Program-made: the position numbers and the translations under genes | Notes under the pieces: generated by a model | Seen by the model: only the letters and a program-made list of their open reading frames with translations | Database searches by the model: none | What the model was told of the DNA's origin: nothing | Shown here: positions 41,524-51,673 of the stretch, piece after piece | How positions within the stretch are numbered: the first letter of the stretch is position 1 | Layout of the letters: every line of letters starts with the position of its first letter | Assembly (NCBI GenBank): GCA_963847705.1 | Contig: CAWKBC010000027.1 | Coordinates: forward strand, 288,001-352,000 | Source: an uncultured Pseudomonadota bacterium | GTDB lineage: Bacteria > Myxococcota_A > Polyangia > Fen-1088 | Reading direction: 5' to 3' | Length of the DNA: 64,000 bases

Positions 41524-43184
41524 CGACCCGGTCCGATCGCCAGCCGCCGCGCGCCGCCGGCCCAGCGGACCTCCAGCTCGACGGGGCCGCTGGCGACCGC
41601 CTCGACGCGCGGCGGCTCGCTGGGCGAGCGCCGGGCGGCGCAGCTCAGATCGATCGAGACGTCCGGTCCCAGCGGGTAACGCCGGACGCCGTGGGCGTCG
41701 GTCAACCGCACGTCCCACAGCAGGCGCCGCGCGGCCCCGTCGGGGCGCAGCCCGAAGACGTACTCCAGCAGCACCGCGATCGGCGGGAGGCCCGTCCACC
41801 CGACGAAGTTCGGTTTCGCCGGCACGCCGGGCGCTGCCGATTCGGGCGCGTAGTTCTCGTAGAGCGTGCCGGTCTTCTCGAACACAGCGACGACGTTGTC
41901 CAGGTGGTTGCGCCCAATCTCGTGCGCCAGCGCGTCGCGCCCGACCTCGCTCAGCCCGCGCAGCACCATGTACGTCGTCGGCGCCCAGACGGCGCCCTTC
42001 CAGTAACCGCCGCGCGCGTCGTAGCTCGGGTGATCGGCCGACAGCGACGGGACCCGGTGCGGGCGCTTGAAGGCGAGCGGGTCCTCGAGGTGGGCCACGA
42101 ACGGCGTCAGGCGCGCGGCAGGGACGATCCCCGCCAGCAGCGCCCAGTATCCGGCGACGCTCTTGACGTGGGTGAGGGTGCCGTCGGCGAGCCGATCGCA
42201 ATAGAAGCGCTCGGCGTCGCTCCAGAGGTGGTCGTTGGCGAATTGGCCGAGCCGCGCGCTCTCCTCGCGCATGTCCGCGACCTCAGCCTCCGCGCCCAGC
42301 GTCTGTCCCATCAGCGCCAGGAGGCGCGCCGACAGGAGCTGCTGCAGGGTCGCGTCGATCCAGGTCATGCGCCCGTGGTAGCGCTCCGGGTCGGCGTACG
42401 GCGTGCCGGTGGGCGCGCGCGGCTGGTTGTCCATCCCCGACGCCCAGCCCGTCGACCAGTAGGCGCCGTCGGGCCAGGTCCGGTAGGCGCGCAGCCACTG
42501 GTGGTAGGCGCAAAGGACCGGGAAGACCCGCGCCAGCCGGTCGCGGTCCCCGAAGTTGCGGTAGTGCTCCCACTCGGCCCAGGCCAGCACGTTCGGTCCC
42601 GTCGACGATGGATCGAAGCGGGGGAACCGATCGTCGCCCAGCGCGCGCCCGATCTCGCGGCAGATGAACCCGTCGGCATGTTGCTTGACGTAGAAGTTGT
42701 CGAGGGTCCGAATGAACGGAAACGCCCGCGCCCCGTACCGTCCGAACAGCGTCATGAAGCACGAGTCCCACAGGAAGACGCAGTCGTTGAAGGCCGGGTC
42801 GATGAAGCGGGCCACGAACCCGCTCTGCGGTTCCGGCCGGCGCAGGTTCGCGAACGCCAGCTTCCAGGCCTTCTTCGCGCAGGCGATCGCCGCCGCGTGG
42901 CCCTCCCAGAACGGCTCCGGCAAGAGGTGGCTGGCCTGATCGAAGCCGGGGACCGCCGCGGCGTCCGGCGACATCTGCAAGAACGTGTTGCGCGCGACCA
43001 GCGGGTTGCGCACGTAAGTCTCGTAGGGTGCGCGAATCCAGGGCCCGCGGCTGATCGGTCCGCGGACCGGCTCCAGCGCCGGCGGGGGGCGGGGCCAGGC
43101 CCGGGCGGCGCGCCCGCTCGAGGTGACGACGGCCGCGACGGCTGCTGCCGGGGGCACCATCAACATGCGGCGGCGGGTCACCAT
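41520..43184 (-). CDS. Six-hairpin glycoside hydrolase (GH63/MGH1-like) with Tat-like leader
   Basis: TRRR leader, FLWDSCF, SGMDNQPR, YWKGAVW, LYENYAPE, FVGWTG. Confidence 0.82.
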   Translation of the reverse strand: MVTRRRMLMVPPAAAVAAVVTSSGRAARAWPRPPPALEPVRGPISRGPWIRAPYETYVRNPLVARNTFLQMSPDAAAVPGFDQASHLLPEPFWEGHAAAIACAKKAWKLAFANLRRPEPQSGFVARFIDPAFNDCVFLWDSCFMTLFGRYGARAFPFIRTLDNFYVKQHADGFICREIGRALGDDRFPRFDPSSTGPNVLAWAEWEHYRNFGDRDRLARVFPVLCAYHQWLRAYRTWPDGAYWSTGWASGMDNQPRAPTGTPYADPERYHGRMTWIDATLQQLLSARLLALMGQTLGAEAEVADMREESARLGQFANDHLWSDAERFYCDRLADGTLTHVKSVAGYWALLAGIVPAARLTPFVAHLEDPLAFKRPHRVPSLSADHPSYDARGGYWKGAVWAPTTYMVLRGLSEVGRDALAHEIGRNHLDNVVAVFEKTGTLYENYAPESAAPGVPAKPNFVGWTGLPPIAVLLEYVFGLRPDGAARRLLWDVRLTDAHGVRRYPLGPDVSIDLSCAARRSPSEPPRVEAVASGPVELEVRWAGGARRLAIGPGR

Positions 43185-43285
43185 GGCGCGGTCGACGACG
43201 GCAACCTTACGACGGGAACTGGCGGCCGGGTACACGGCAAATAGTTGACGGCTCTCGCCAGCGTCGGACAATCGGCGACCGGTCC

Positions 43286-43969
43286 ATGCTCGACACCATG
43301 TTCGCCACCGAGACGATGGCCGAGCTCTCCGCGCGGCAAGGGCGCGTGGCGGACGCGGTGGCCATCTATCGACATCTCCTCCGCGGCGCCGAGGCCAACG
43401 AGGGGACGGAGAAATGGAAGCGGCGCCTCGCCGAGCTGGAAGCAGGCTCGTCGACCGCCGCGGCGTCGGCCCCGACCAGCGCCGCCCCACAGATCGGCAG
43501 CGCGCCCGCCCCCTCCACGCCGGCGCCCTCCGCACCTGCCGAGCGCGCAGAGGTGACCGTCCCGCGCGCCTCGCTCGTCATTCGCGAGCCGGTCCGCTCG
43601 GGCCAGGTGATCTACGCGGAGGGGCGCGACCTGATCGTGGTGGCCCCGGTTCACGCCGGCGCGCAGCTGCTGGCCGACGGCAACATCCACGTCTACGGCC
43701 CGCTCAAGGGGCGCGCGGTGGCGGGTGCGCACGGCCTGCGCGAGGCGCAGCTGTTCTGCCTGGCGCTCGAAGCGGAGCTGGTCGGCGTGGACACGGGCTA
43801 CCTGCTCAGCGACGACATCCCGGCGCCGCTCCGGAGCGGCCCGGCGCGGGTCTTTCTGACCGCCGAGGGGACCTGCACCGTCGCGGCGCTGGCAGTGGGC
43901 GGGGCGGTCGCGCCCGCGGCGGGGCACCGCGGGCGCCGGATCTTCGGCGATCGAGGAACCGTCCGCTGA
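43286..43969 (+). CDS. Protein with MinC C-terminal domain and TPR-like N-terminus
   Basis: PVRSGQVIYAEGRDLIVVAPVHAGAQLLADGNIHVYGPLKGRAVAG is the MinC_C beta-helix. Confidence 0.8.
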   Translation: MLDTMFATETMAELSARQGRVADAVAIYRHLLRGAEANEGTEKWKRRLAELEAGSSTAAASAPTSAAPQIGSAPAPSTPAPSAPAERAEVTVPRASLVIREPVRSGQVIYAEGRDLIVVAPVHAGAQLLADGNIHVYGPLKGRAVAGAHGLREAQLFCLALEAELVGVDTGYLLSDDIPAPLRSGPARVFLTAEGTCTVAALAVGGAVAPAAGHRGRRIFGDRGTVR

Positions 43970-44096
43970 AACACACGTGGGGTCGCGACCCGGACGCGCA
44001 GCTCAAAACGCGACATTTTTGTCGCAACGATCGCCCGGACGAGGCGACAGGTCAGCGTGCACGGCGTCGGCTTGACGCTTGCAGCAAACCGTCCCC

Positions 44097-44456
44097 ATGA
44101 CCAATCGACGGAGACTGCTCCTGTTCGGGGCGATCGGGTTTGCTCTCGGAGCCTCGTGCGGTGGCGATCAACAACTGACGGGTAACCGCGGGACTGGTGG
44201 CTCTGACGCCGGAGACGATGCTGCCTGCCTCTACCATCATTATTTTTCTGCGGGATGCGGAGCCGATGTCGCACCTCGTTGCACCGGAGCCGGTGGCGCG
44301 TGCTACAGCGTCGCCTGTGGGTGCAGCGGGAAGGTCATCGGCGGCTGCGCGAACGAATTCGCCGAGCCGTACGCCTACACGTTTCCCGGGAACCTCGACG
44401 GCGGCGACCCTGCGATCGGGATGACCTGCGATCCCGGGAGCGACGCCAGCCAGTAG
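44097..44456 (+). CDS. Small Cys-rich lipoprotein
   Basis: Lipobox GASC plus 8 further Cys. Confidence 0.65.
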   Translation: MTNRRRLLLFGAIGFALGASCGGDQQLTGNRGTGGSDAGDDAACLYHHYFSAGCGADVAPRCTGAGGACYSVACGCSGKVIGGCANEFAEPYAYTFPGNLDGGDPAIGMTCDPGSDASQ

Positions 44457-44649
44457 ATCCCCCGACGCCGGTCCGCCGGTCGAAATCGGTAGTCGCGTGA
44501 TCCAGATAAACGGATCCTGGCCTGATCAATTCGTGATGTGTCGCCCACGTCAGGCCGGTGGGCGACCGTGGTCGTCAAAATAGGACCAGGAGCCGGCCAG
44601 CCCCCGCCTCAGCTTCTCTGGCGCCTCTGCCGATTCTCAGGGCGCCACC

Positions 44650-47181
44650 GTGCATCAAGCGCCGACCCTCGTCCCGACCGCTTCCGATGCCGATGCCGAG
44701 GGGCTCCTCGGGCGCGGCGCGGTCATCGGGCGGTTCGTCGTGCTGGGCCTGCTGGGAAAGGGGGGGATGGGCGAGGTGTATGCGGCTCACGATCCCGAGC
44801 TCGATCGGCAGGTCGCCATCAAGCTCCTGCGGGCCGGGGCGGCCAGCGAGTCTCCGGAGGGGCGGACGCGCCTCATGCGCGAGGCGCAGGCGATCGCGCG
44901 GGTCTCGCACCCCAACGTGGTGGTGGTCTACGACGTGGGCACGCTGGGCAACCGGGTGTTCATTGCCATGGAGCTGGTCGCGGGGCACACGCTGCGCTAC
45001 TGGATGCACGAGCGGACCCGGAGCTGGCCCGAGGTGCTGGAGGTGTTCGCGGCGGCGGGGCGGGGGCTGGCCGCCGCGCACGAGCGCGAGCTGGTTCACC
45101 GCGATTTCAAGCCGGACAACGTCATGATCACCCCCGACGGCCAGGTGCGGGTCATGGACTTCGGCCTGGTCCAGCTGGCGGGCGAACGAACCGGCTCCGC
45201 CCGCGACCTCCCGCTCGGGAAGGTCGAGACGGCGACGACGGTGGAGGTCGTGGCCGAGGAGGAAGACCTTTTTGCCACGCGGCCGGTGCGAGCCACCACG
45301 ACGACGATGTCCGCCCGGACGCTGGGCGGCGCGCTGAGCGTCGAGCTGACCCGGACCGGCGCCGCGCTGGGGACGCCTGCGTACATGTCGCCCGAGCAGT
45401 TCCGCAACGAACGCACCGACGCCCGCACCGATCAGTTCAGCTTCTGCGTGGCCCTCTACGAGGCGCTCTACGACGAACGGCCGTTCCCCGGCGCGAGCCT
45501 CCAAGAGCTGTCGGCGGCTGTCTGCAGCGGGACGGTCTCCGAGGCGCCGACGGAGAAGCAGGTTCCCGGGTGGCTCCGGGAGGCGCTGCTGCGGGGCCTG
45601 CGCCGCGATCCGGAGGGGCGCTGGCCGTCGATGCGGGCGCTGGTCGCCGAGCTGGACAGGCATCCGGCGATCGCCAACCGCCGCCGCTTCGCCGCCGCCG
45701 CCGCTGAGAAGCTGGAAGGGATCTGGGAGGCACCACGCGGCCCGGCGCCGGTGGAGACGCCGGCCAAGGCGGCGATGCGGGCCGCTTTTCTGGCCAGCGG
45801 CAAGAGCTACGCGGCGAAGGCGTGGGAGGGCGCGGGCCAGATCCTGGATCGCTACGCCCGCCGATGGACCGATCTCTATGTGGAGGCCTGCGAGGCCACC
45901 CACGTGCGGGAGGAGCAGTCGGCCGAGGTCCTCGACCTGCGGATGGCCTGTCTGCGGCAAGGGCTGGAGGATCTTCGCGCGCTGGTGAAGATGTTCCAGC
46001 AGCCGACGGCGGAGGTGATCGAAAACGCGGTCAGCGCGGCGAGCGCGCTCGGCAACCTGGAACGCTGCGAGAACATCGAGATGCTGCGCGCGGTCGTCCG
46101 CCCGCCGGAGGATCCGTCCACGCGCCAGGAGGTCGACCGGCTGCGCTCCCGGCTGGCGGAGGTGCGCGCGCTCTGCCGCGTCGGGCGGATCAACGAAGGG
46201 CTCGCGGCGGCGGCCTCCTTGGAGCCTGCCGCCCGCGCCCTGCGATATGGGCCGCTGCTCGCCGAGGTTCTGTTGGCGATCTGCCGCCTCCCCGAGGAAC
46301 GAGGCGCGTGGGCCGACGCGGCCCGCCTCTCCGAGGAGGCCATGTTGACGGCGCTGTCCTGCGGGCACGAAGAGGCGGCGGCGGAAGCGGCCGCGTTGCT
46401 GGTCGGGCACGCGACCTACGCCGGGGAGCACCTGGCAGACGCCTGGTGTCGGCTCGCCGAGGCGCTGCTGCGACGAATCGGTGGGCACGACCTGCTGTGG
46501 GGCTGGCTGTTCACCAACCGCGCGGGGCTCCGCGGCAAGCAGGGACGGATCGTCGACGCACTCGAGGACTCCCGCTTGTCACTGGCCGCCAAGGAGAGGG
46601 CGCTCGGGCCCGATCAGCCGGACATCGGGATCTCCCTCTGCAACATCGCCGTCCACCTCGACGAGCTGGGCGAGCTCTCCGAGGCTCTCGTTTACGGCGC
46701 CCGCGCGCTCGAGATCGCGGAGCGTGGCTTTGGAGCGGATCACCCGCGCACCGCGCTGGTCCTGTCCAACAACAGCGAGTATCTGGCGCGCAGCGGCCGC
46801 TGGGACGAAGCGGCGGACGCCGCTGCCCGTGCGCTCGCGATCTTCGAGCGAGAGGCCGATCCGGAGGGGATGTTCGCCTTCCTGGGCCTGACGGCGCTGG
46901 GGACGGCCCACCTCGGCGCGGGGCGGGTGGACGAGGCCCTGCCGATCCTCGAGCGCGCCAATCGCATCGGTGAGGCCGGCGCCCCCACGATCAAGTACCG
47001 CGCGCAGGCCCGCTTCGCGCTGGGGCGCGCCCTCTGGAAAATCGAGGGCGAACGTCCGCGGGCGGTGGCCCTGGCGAAAGCGGCGCGGCAGGACTACGAA
47101 CGTTCGCAACAGACCCCCACCACGGAACGAGAGCTGGCGATCGTCGACGCCTGGCTGGCCGCGCGTTCGGCAGCGTCGTAG
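44650..47181 (+). CDS. Ser/Thr protein kinase with TPR repeats
   Basis: GKGGMG, VAIK, HRDFKPDN, DFG, GTPAYMSPE; kinesin-light-chain-like TPRs (LGPDQP, GADHP). Confidence 0.92.
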   Translation: MHQAPTLVPTASDADAEGLLGRGAVIGRFVVLGLLGKGGMGEVYAAHDPELDRQVAIKLLRAGAASESPEGRTRLMREAQAIARVSHPNVVVVYDVGTLGNRVFIAMELVAGHTLRYWMHERTRSWPEVLEVFAAAGRGLAAAHERELVHRDFKPDNVMITPDGQVRVMDFGLVQLAGERTGSARDLPLGKVETATTVEVVAEEEDLFATRPVRATTTTMSARTLGGALSVELTRTGAALGTPAYMSPEQFRNERTDARTDQFSFCVALYEALYDERPFPGASLQELSAAVCSGTVSEAPTEKQVPGWLREALLRGLRRDPEGRWPSMRALVAELDRHPAIANRRRFAAAAAEKLEGIWEAPRGPAPVETPAKAAMRAAFLASGKSYAAKAWEGAGQILDRYARRWTDLYVEACEATHVREEQSAEVLDLRMACLRQGLEDLRALVKMFQQPTAEVIENAVSAASALGNLERCENIEMLRAVVRPPEDPSTRQEVDRLRSRLAEVRALCRVGRINEGLAAAASLEPAARALRYGPLLAEVLLAICRLPEERGAWADAARLSEEAMLTALSCGHEEAAAEAAALLVGHATYAGEHLADAWCRLAEALLRRIGGHDLLWGWLFTNRAGLRGKQGRIVDALEDSRLSLAAKERALGPDQPDIGISLCNIAVHLDELGELSEALVYGARALEIAERGFGADHPRTALVLSNNSEYLARSGRWDEAADAAARALAIFEREADPEGMFAFLGLTALGTAHLGAGRVDEALPILERANRIGEAGAPTIKYRAQARFALGRALWKIEGERPRAVALAKAARQDYERSQQTPTTERELAIVDAWLAARSAAS

Positions 47182-47307
47182 GGCGCGCGTCTCCGGCCGC
47201 GAGGGGGCGGCGGCAAGCCTCCAACAGCTGCATCTTCAATGACCAACATTCCCGGAAAAGCGCCGTGCCGCAGCGGCGCTCGTCGGATCCAAAGCCGGCC
47301 GGCGGTC

Positions 47308-49182
47308 TCAGGCAGCCGCGGCCAGCGCTCCAAGCAGACGGCCCCCGTCGACCGGTTTGGTCAGGTGCTGGGCAAAACCGGCCTGCTTGGCCCGGGCGCG
47401 ATCGGAATCCTGTCCGTAGCCGGTCAGGGCGATCAGCCGGGGCAACTGTTTGCCGAGCTCGGCGCGCAGTCGACCCGCCAGCTCGTAGCCGTCCATGACC
47501 GGCAGGCCGATGTCCAGGATGGCGACGTCCGCAACGAAGGTCTTCATGATCTTCAGCGCGGTGGGCCCATCCTTCGCCGTCGTCACCAGGTGCCCGGCGT
47601 TGCGCAGGACCTCTGCCAGCAGCTCGAGAGCGTCCTCGTTGTCGTCGACCACCAGGATTCGTTGCCGCGCGCCGGTCACCGGGTCCGCCGCCGACGAAGA
47701 ATCGATCGCCACCGGCTCTTCGGTGGCCAGCGGCAGCCGAACGATGAACTCGCTCCCCTTCCCAAGTCCCTTGCTCTCAGCCTGGACGGTCCCGCCATGC
47801 AGCTCCACCAGGTTGCGAACGATCGTGAGCCCGATTCCCAGGCCGCCTCGCGAGCGATCTGCGGCCTGGCGCTCTTGGGTGAACATGTCGAAGACGTGCG
47901 GCAAGACCTCGGCGGAGATGCCGATGCCGCTGTCCCTGACGGTGAGAACCAGCTCGGCGCCCTGACGACGCGCCTCGATGGTGATGCGCCCTCCCGGATC
48001 CGTGTACTTGGCGGCGTTGGTGATGAGGTTGGAAACAACCTGTGCCAGGCGCCCTTCGTCTCCGTTCAATCGCAGCTCGGAGGAGGGGAGGTGGACCTCG
48101 AGATGGTGACGGCGCTGCTCGACCAGGGGCATCGCGATCTCGGCCCCTTGCGCCACGACGTCTTGCAGGCGCAGCAGTCGCTTTTTGATCTGAATCGTGC
48201 CGCGGGTGATGCGGGAGACATCGAGCAGATCGTCCACCAGCCGGATCAAGTACTGGACCTGGCGCTCCACGATCTCGAGGGCCTTTTCGGATGGACCGTC
48301 GCTCCTCGGCTTCAACAGCTGCAGCGCGGTCACGATGGGCGAGAGCGGATTGCGCAGCTCGTGACCGAGCATGGCGAGGAATTCGTCCTTGGAGCGATTG
48401 GCTTCCCGCAGAGCCTCCGCCGCCCTTCTCTGTTCCGTGATCTCCTCGGCCAGGAAGCTGAACCTTGGCTTCTCGTTCTCTCCGGTGAATGCCACGGTCG
48501 CCCGGTACCAGCGGTTGCCCCCGGGCGTGGGATGCTCGTATTCGATCTGCACCGGAGCACCTTCGCGCTGGGCCCTCCGGTAGCTCTGCAGCCAGAGCCG
48601 CACTTCCTCTGGTGAGCCGAACTTTTCCGCGCGCCTGTTGGCCATCCGTTCCGGAGTGGTCCCGAGTGAATCGGCCAGGGCCTGGTTGGCGCTCAGGAAG
48701 ATGATCGAATCGCCGTCGAGCTCGACCAGGCCCATGACGAAGGGGGAGCTGTCGTAGAAGCTCTGCAGGGCACTTCGGTTTTCGCGCAGGCTCTCCTGCA
48801 CCAGCCTCTGCTCGGTCACGTCCGTGATGGCTTCGATCCACCCGTCGGGGGCGCCGGAGGGGCCGAAGGTGGGAACTGAATCCACGTGGATCCAGCGCGG
48901 CCCCAGCCTCTTGTGGAAGACCTGGGCGTCGCGCTTCATCGGCTGACCCGCGAGCGCCGCCTCCACGTGAGGACGCATCCCCTCCAGGCACTCGGTGCCG
49001 ATGACCTCGGCGATCGTGCGTCCGATGATCTGGCTGCGCGAGGCTCCCAGCCAATCTGCATAGCGTTGGCTCACCCACAGGTACCGCATGGCCGCGCTCA
49101 CCTGCGCCACCGCGACAGGCAGAGCACACAGCCTCGCTTCTGCCTGCCTGAGGAGATCCTCGATGGTCCCGGCATCGTCCAT
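47308..49182 (-). CDS. Hybrid sensor histidine kinase (PAS-PAS-HisKA-HATPase-REC)
   Basis: LGHELRNPL, NAAKY, GGLGIGL, VVDDN..LDIGLPVMDG. Confidence 0.93.
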   Translation of the reverse strand: MDDAGTIEDLLRQAEARLCALPVAVAQVSAAMRYLWVSQRYADWLGASRSQIIGRTIAEVIGTECLEGMRPHVEAALAGQPMKRDAQVFHKRLGPRWIHVDSVPTFGPSGAPDGWIEAITDVTEQRLVQESLRENRSALQSFYDSSPFVMGLVELDGDSIIFLSANQALADSLGTTPERMANRRAEKFGSPEEVRLWLQSYRRAQREGAPVQIEYEHPTPGGNRWYRATVAFTGENEKPRFSFLAEEITEQRRAAEALREANRSKDEFLAMLGHELRNPLSPIVTALQLLKPRSDGPSEKALEIVERQVQYLIRLVDDLLDVSRITRGTIQIKKRLLRLQDVVAQGAEIAMPLVEQRRHHLEVHLPSSELRLNGDEGRLAQVVSNLITNAAKYTDPGGRITIEARRQGAELVLTVRDSGIGISAEVLPHVFDMFTQERQAADRSRGGLGIGLTIVRNLVELHGGTVQAESKGLGKGSEFIVRLPLATEEPVAIDSSSAADPVTGARQRILVVDDNEDALELLAEVLRNAGHLVTTAKDGPTALKIMKTFVADVAILDIGLPVMDGYELAGRLRAELGKQLPRLIALTGYGQDSDRARAKQAGFAQHLTKPVDGGRLLGALAAAA

Positions 49183-49249
49183 GACGCCTGCACAATCTAA
49201 GTCGCCGCGCGCGGTCCAAGTCGCCGCGCGCGCGCCAACCTGGAATCGC

Positions 49250-49460
49250 GGAAGAGCCGAGATGGCCCATCTCGCCGCGCAGGAGTTGATTCAGAGCAAC
49301 AGCCCGCTGGCGGCGTACGTGAAGTAAGTCGGCTCAGCCCGTCGATCCTGGAGGTCGTTGCGCTCCTCGACGACTCAGCATTTCACCCGATCCGGCCGTC
49401 GTTGATCCCGAACGCCGCGAAGACGTAGTCGCCCGCCTTGACGTTGTTGATGAGGGGTCT
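49250..49460. pseudogene. Fragments of an SGNH rhamnogalacturonan acetylesterase-like gene
   Basis: Minus strand LINNVKAGDYVFAAFGINDG (block III); plus strand AEMAHLAAQELIQSNSPLAAYVK* resembles the family C-terminus. Confidence 0.45.
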
Positions 49461-49639
49461 TCCATGGCGGGACAGCAAACGGCCAAGGTAGTCACGGGGC
49501 CCACACCACCCGTGAGATACCCATGTTCGCCTACGATGCCCGCATCCGCTGGCGTGCTGTTTTTTGCCCTCAAAGGGGACTTTCAAAAAAAAATGAGACC
49601 TCTCGTGATCAGAGCCGCGGTGTCCGGGAATGCGTGAGC

Positions 49640-50872
49640 ATGAACTACACGCCCCCGCGTCGTTCTCAGTGGTCGACCTGCGTCATCTTGTCCTGCTTTG
49701 TCGGTGTGGCCCTCGCTGGCTGCGCGCAATCGACACCGCTCGGAGGTGAAACTGGAAGTGGAGGGACGGGCGAGACCGGTGGCGAAACCGGTGGCTCGCC
49801 AGGAACGGGCGGAAGCCAGACGAGCGGGTCCGGCGGAACCGGAACCGGCGGCCTGATCGGCACGGGCGGGACGACCGGGACTGGCGGAGCAGCAACGGGT
49901 GGCGCGATCGGGACGGGCGGCGCGAAGGGTGGGACGAGCGGGACCGGCGGCACCGGGACCGGCGGTGCGAGCGGGACGGGTGGCGCCAAGGGCGGGACGA
50001 CCGGGACCGGCGGCCTCACCGGGACGGGCGGCATCGTCGGGACGGGTGGGATCGTCGGGACGGGCGGCATCGTCGGGACGGGTGGCGCCAAGGGCGGAGC
50101 GACGGGAACGGGCGGCACCGGGACGGGCGGCGCCAAGGGGGGGACGACCGGCACCAGCGGGACCGGCGGCGCCACCGCGACCGGCGGCAGCGGGGACGGA
50201 GGAACTGATCCTTGTTCGGTGACGACTCTCCCGAGCGGCGGTACGGCGCACAACTCCTCGAATGCCTCGGGCACCGCGGCTGGCCTCGACTGGACGATCT
50301 GGTCGAATGGGTCGGCGGGAACCATCACCACCTACACCACGCCAGCTTTCTCTGCGTCCTGGAACAACTCGGGCGACTTCCTGGCCCGCATCGGCCTGCA
50401 ATGGAACGACACCAAGACCTACGACCAGCTGGGAACGGTCAACGCGGAATACTCGCAAACGAAGTCGGGAAGCGGCGGCGGCTACTCGTACATCGGAATT
50501 TACGGATGGTCGGTCAACCCGTGCGTCGAGTGGTACATCGTTGACGACTCTTACAACAAGATGCCGGTCAATCCGGGCAGCACGACCAACAAGGGCACGG
50601 CAATGATTGATGGGGGGACCTACACCCTCTACACGCGCGCCACGTCCGGAACCGGTGGCTCGAAGTGCTCTGGCGTCTCGAGCTGGACGCAGTTCTACAG
50701 CGTGCGACAGACGGCTCGCCAGTGTGGGCAGATTTCCATCAGCCAGCACTTTGCGGCGTGGGCCGCCGCGGGAATGACGTTGGGGAAGATGGACCAGGCC
50801 CAGATCCTCGTCGAGGTCGGGGGCGGCAGCGGAAGCATCTCCTTCCCGGTGGCCAACGTAACCGTTCAGTAG
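49640..50872 (+). CDS. GH11 xylanase lipoprotein with Gly/Thr tether
   Basis: Lipobox LAGC; IGIYGWS.NPCVEWYIVD nucleophile, QFYSVRQ, HFAAW, ILVE acid/base. Confidence 0.9.
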   Translation: MNYTPPRRSQWSTCVILSCFVGVALAGCAQSTPLGGETGSGGTGETGGETGGSPGTGGSQTSGSGGTGTGGLIGTGGTTGTGGAATGGAIGTGGAKGGTSGTGGTGTGGASGTGGAKGGTTGTGGLTGTGGIVGTGGIVGTGGIVGTGGAKGGATGTGGTGTGGAKGGTTGTSGTGGATATGGSGDGGTDPCSVTTLPSGGTAHNSSNASGTAAGLDWTIWSNGSAGTITTYTTPAFSASWNNSGDFLARIGLQWNDTKTYDQLGTVNAEYSQTKSGSGGGYSYIGIYGWSVNPCVEWYIVDDSYNKMPVNPGSTTNKGTAMIDGGTYTLYTRATSGTGGSKCSGVSSWTQFYSVRQTARQCGQISISQHFAAWAAAGMTLGKMDQAQILVEVGGGSGSISFPVANVTVQ

Positions 50873-51673
50873 TCGCTCACCCGCGGGGGCCCGCGGGGGG
50901 ATTGAAAGGACCCGGCCCGGCGATGCTCGGGCGTCGCGCGCCGGCCTTGGACCGAGCAGGCGCTCTCGAAGCGCGGAGGGCGGGGCGGCGCCCGGCTGAT
51001 CGCGCGCTTCCCCGGCGCCGCCTGCGCCCCTCCGGCGCCAGTCGCCCCGCGCCGCCCGAAGCCCCCGCGCCGCCGCCGGCACCTCCGCCCGATCCGCCAC
51101 CTCCGCCGGTCGCATTGCTCCCGCCAAACCGTCCGCGTGGTGACGAAAATCGGAGCCGTCGCGACCTCGGCAGGACACCTCCTGGTGTGGTGCCGAGGGC
51201 GTCTCGGGGCTCAGGAGGGCCTTGCTGCGGTGAGCCGAGCTGGGTTTGTTCGAAAAATCAAACGGTAACAATCACTTGTGAGTTGGCGTCCGTCGCATGA
51301 AAAATTCGTCAACGACGATCACAATTGTCGGCGGCGTTCCCTTTTGTCATGGAAAGATCCGCGGGTCGGCTGGATGACGGGACCAGTGCGATCGGGCGCC
51401 GCCCATCCGATTGGCACCTCACGCTGCTCGGCGCAGCCCGGCGACCAGCGCCGGTGCAAGAAGCCCCGTTCAACCGCCAAGGACGCCGGCGGCACAGACT
51501 CGGGTGAAGGCCGGATCGCGTTCACACGTTCGCATCGATGGTTGTTTTCGTCCGGCCGGCTTGTTAAGAAACTTGGTCATTGCCCGCATGACGTTCGCAT
51601 CAGAAGGCCTTGGTCGATTTCATGATCAAAGAGTCTTCTGCCGGCAATAAGATAAGTGGACGCAGCGAGGACG

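Noticed and set aside
51411-51428. Sigma54-like TGGCAC...TGC
   Set aside because: GG to GC spacing is 11 rather than the required 10
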